A DNA stretch of 34,296 nucleotides from the NCBI GenBank assembly GCA_040220235.1, contig JAVJTO010000104.1; one strand, 5' to 3'. This document shows, one piece after another, positions 34,138 through 34,296 of the stretch. Below the pieces are notes generated by a model. It ran no database searches and was not told the origin of the DNA. It saw only the letters and a program-made list of their open reading frames with translations. Source of the DNA: Coleofasciculus sp. B1-GNL1-01. Lineage in GTDB: Bacteria; Cyanobacteriota; Cyanobacteriia; Cyanobacteriales; Coleofasciculaceae. Numbering within the stretch: the first letter of the stretch is position 1; each line of letters starts with the position of its first letter. Both the position numbers and the translations under genes were made by a program.

Positions 34138-34296
34138 TTATCTATCTTCTGATTACGGCAACGGGTTAAACGACGAATTCTCTGGGAACTTTGACGATTG
34201 CTTTTTAAGAGAGATTGTAACTTAGCTCGACGCTGGTTATAAAATTGATTTAGGCTTTTTAAGGGTCTGCCATTAATCAACAAAGGAGTAAACTCC
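34138..34296 (-). mobile_element. tnpB: IS605/IS1341-family tnpB internal fragment, 3'-truncated; continues beyond the window
   Basis: PLLINGRPLKSLNQFYNQRRAKLQS......SQRIRRLTRCRNQKIDNY is a typical TnpB segment just after RuvC-I; the expected LH... continuation is replaced by permease DNA. Confidence 0.85.

Noticed and set aside
34098..34283. 61-aa ORF as an independent small gene
   Set aside because: It is the chimeric read-through of the tnpB fragment into out-of-frame permease DNA.

Overview
Cyanobacterial genomic DNA: HIP1 octamer GCGATCGC occurs more than 20 times by eye, with GTAG-type REP hairpins and heptamer repeats typical of filamentous taxa. From left to right the window contains: (1) the end of a tandem cluster of double-glycine-leader, Ser/Ala/Phe/Thr-rich small proteins, followed by a PpiC-like foldase, a Ser-tailed microprotein and a convergent PEP-CTERM-like surface protein; (2) phoX, a PEP-CTERM protein, an APH-family kinase, a GH13 alpha-glucosidase and a PsiE-like gene; (3) a stress-flavoured block with a Uma2/degenerate nucleotidyltransferase fusion, a PRC-barrel protein, two Hsp20 paralogs with identical promoter architecture, a direct-repeat-flanked two-gene cassette, a ClC-CBS channel and ftsH; (4) a five-gene module of sigma-70-like factor, DUF1822, CHAT-CHASE2, DUF928 and TPR-CHAT with intact caspase-like His/Cys dyads; (5) an iron-siderophore/cobalamin-type ABC transporter whose permease is 5'-truncated and fused directly to the middle of an IS605-family tnpB. 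The best candidates for a poorly described system are the caspase-like protease/sigma-factor module and the putative secreted GG-peptide fibre (amyloid-like) system. All family calls come from motif recognition only; no database searches were run.
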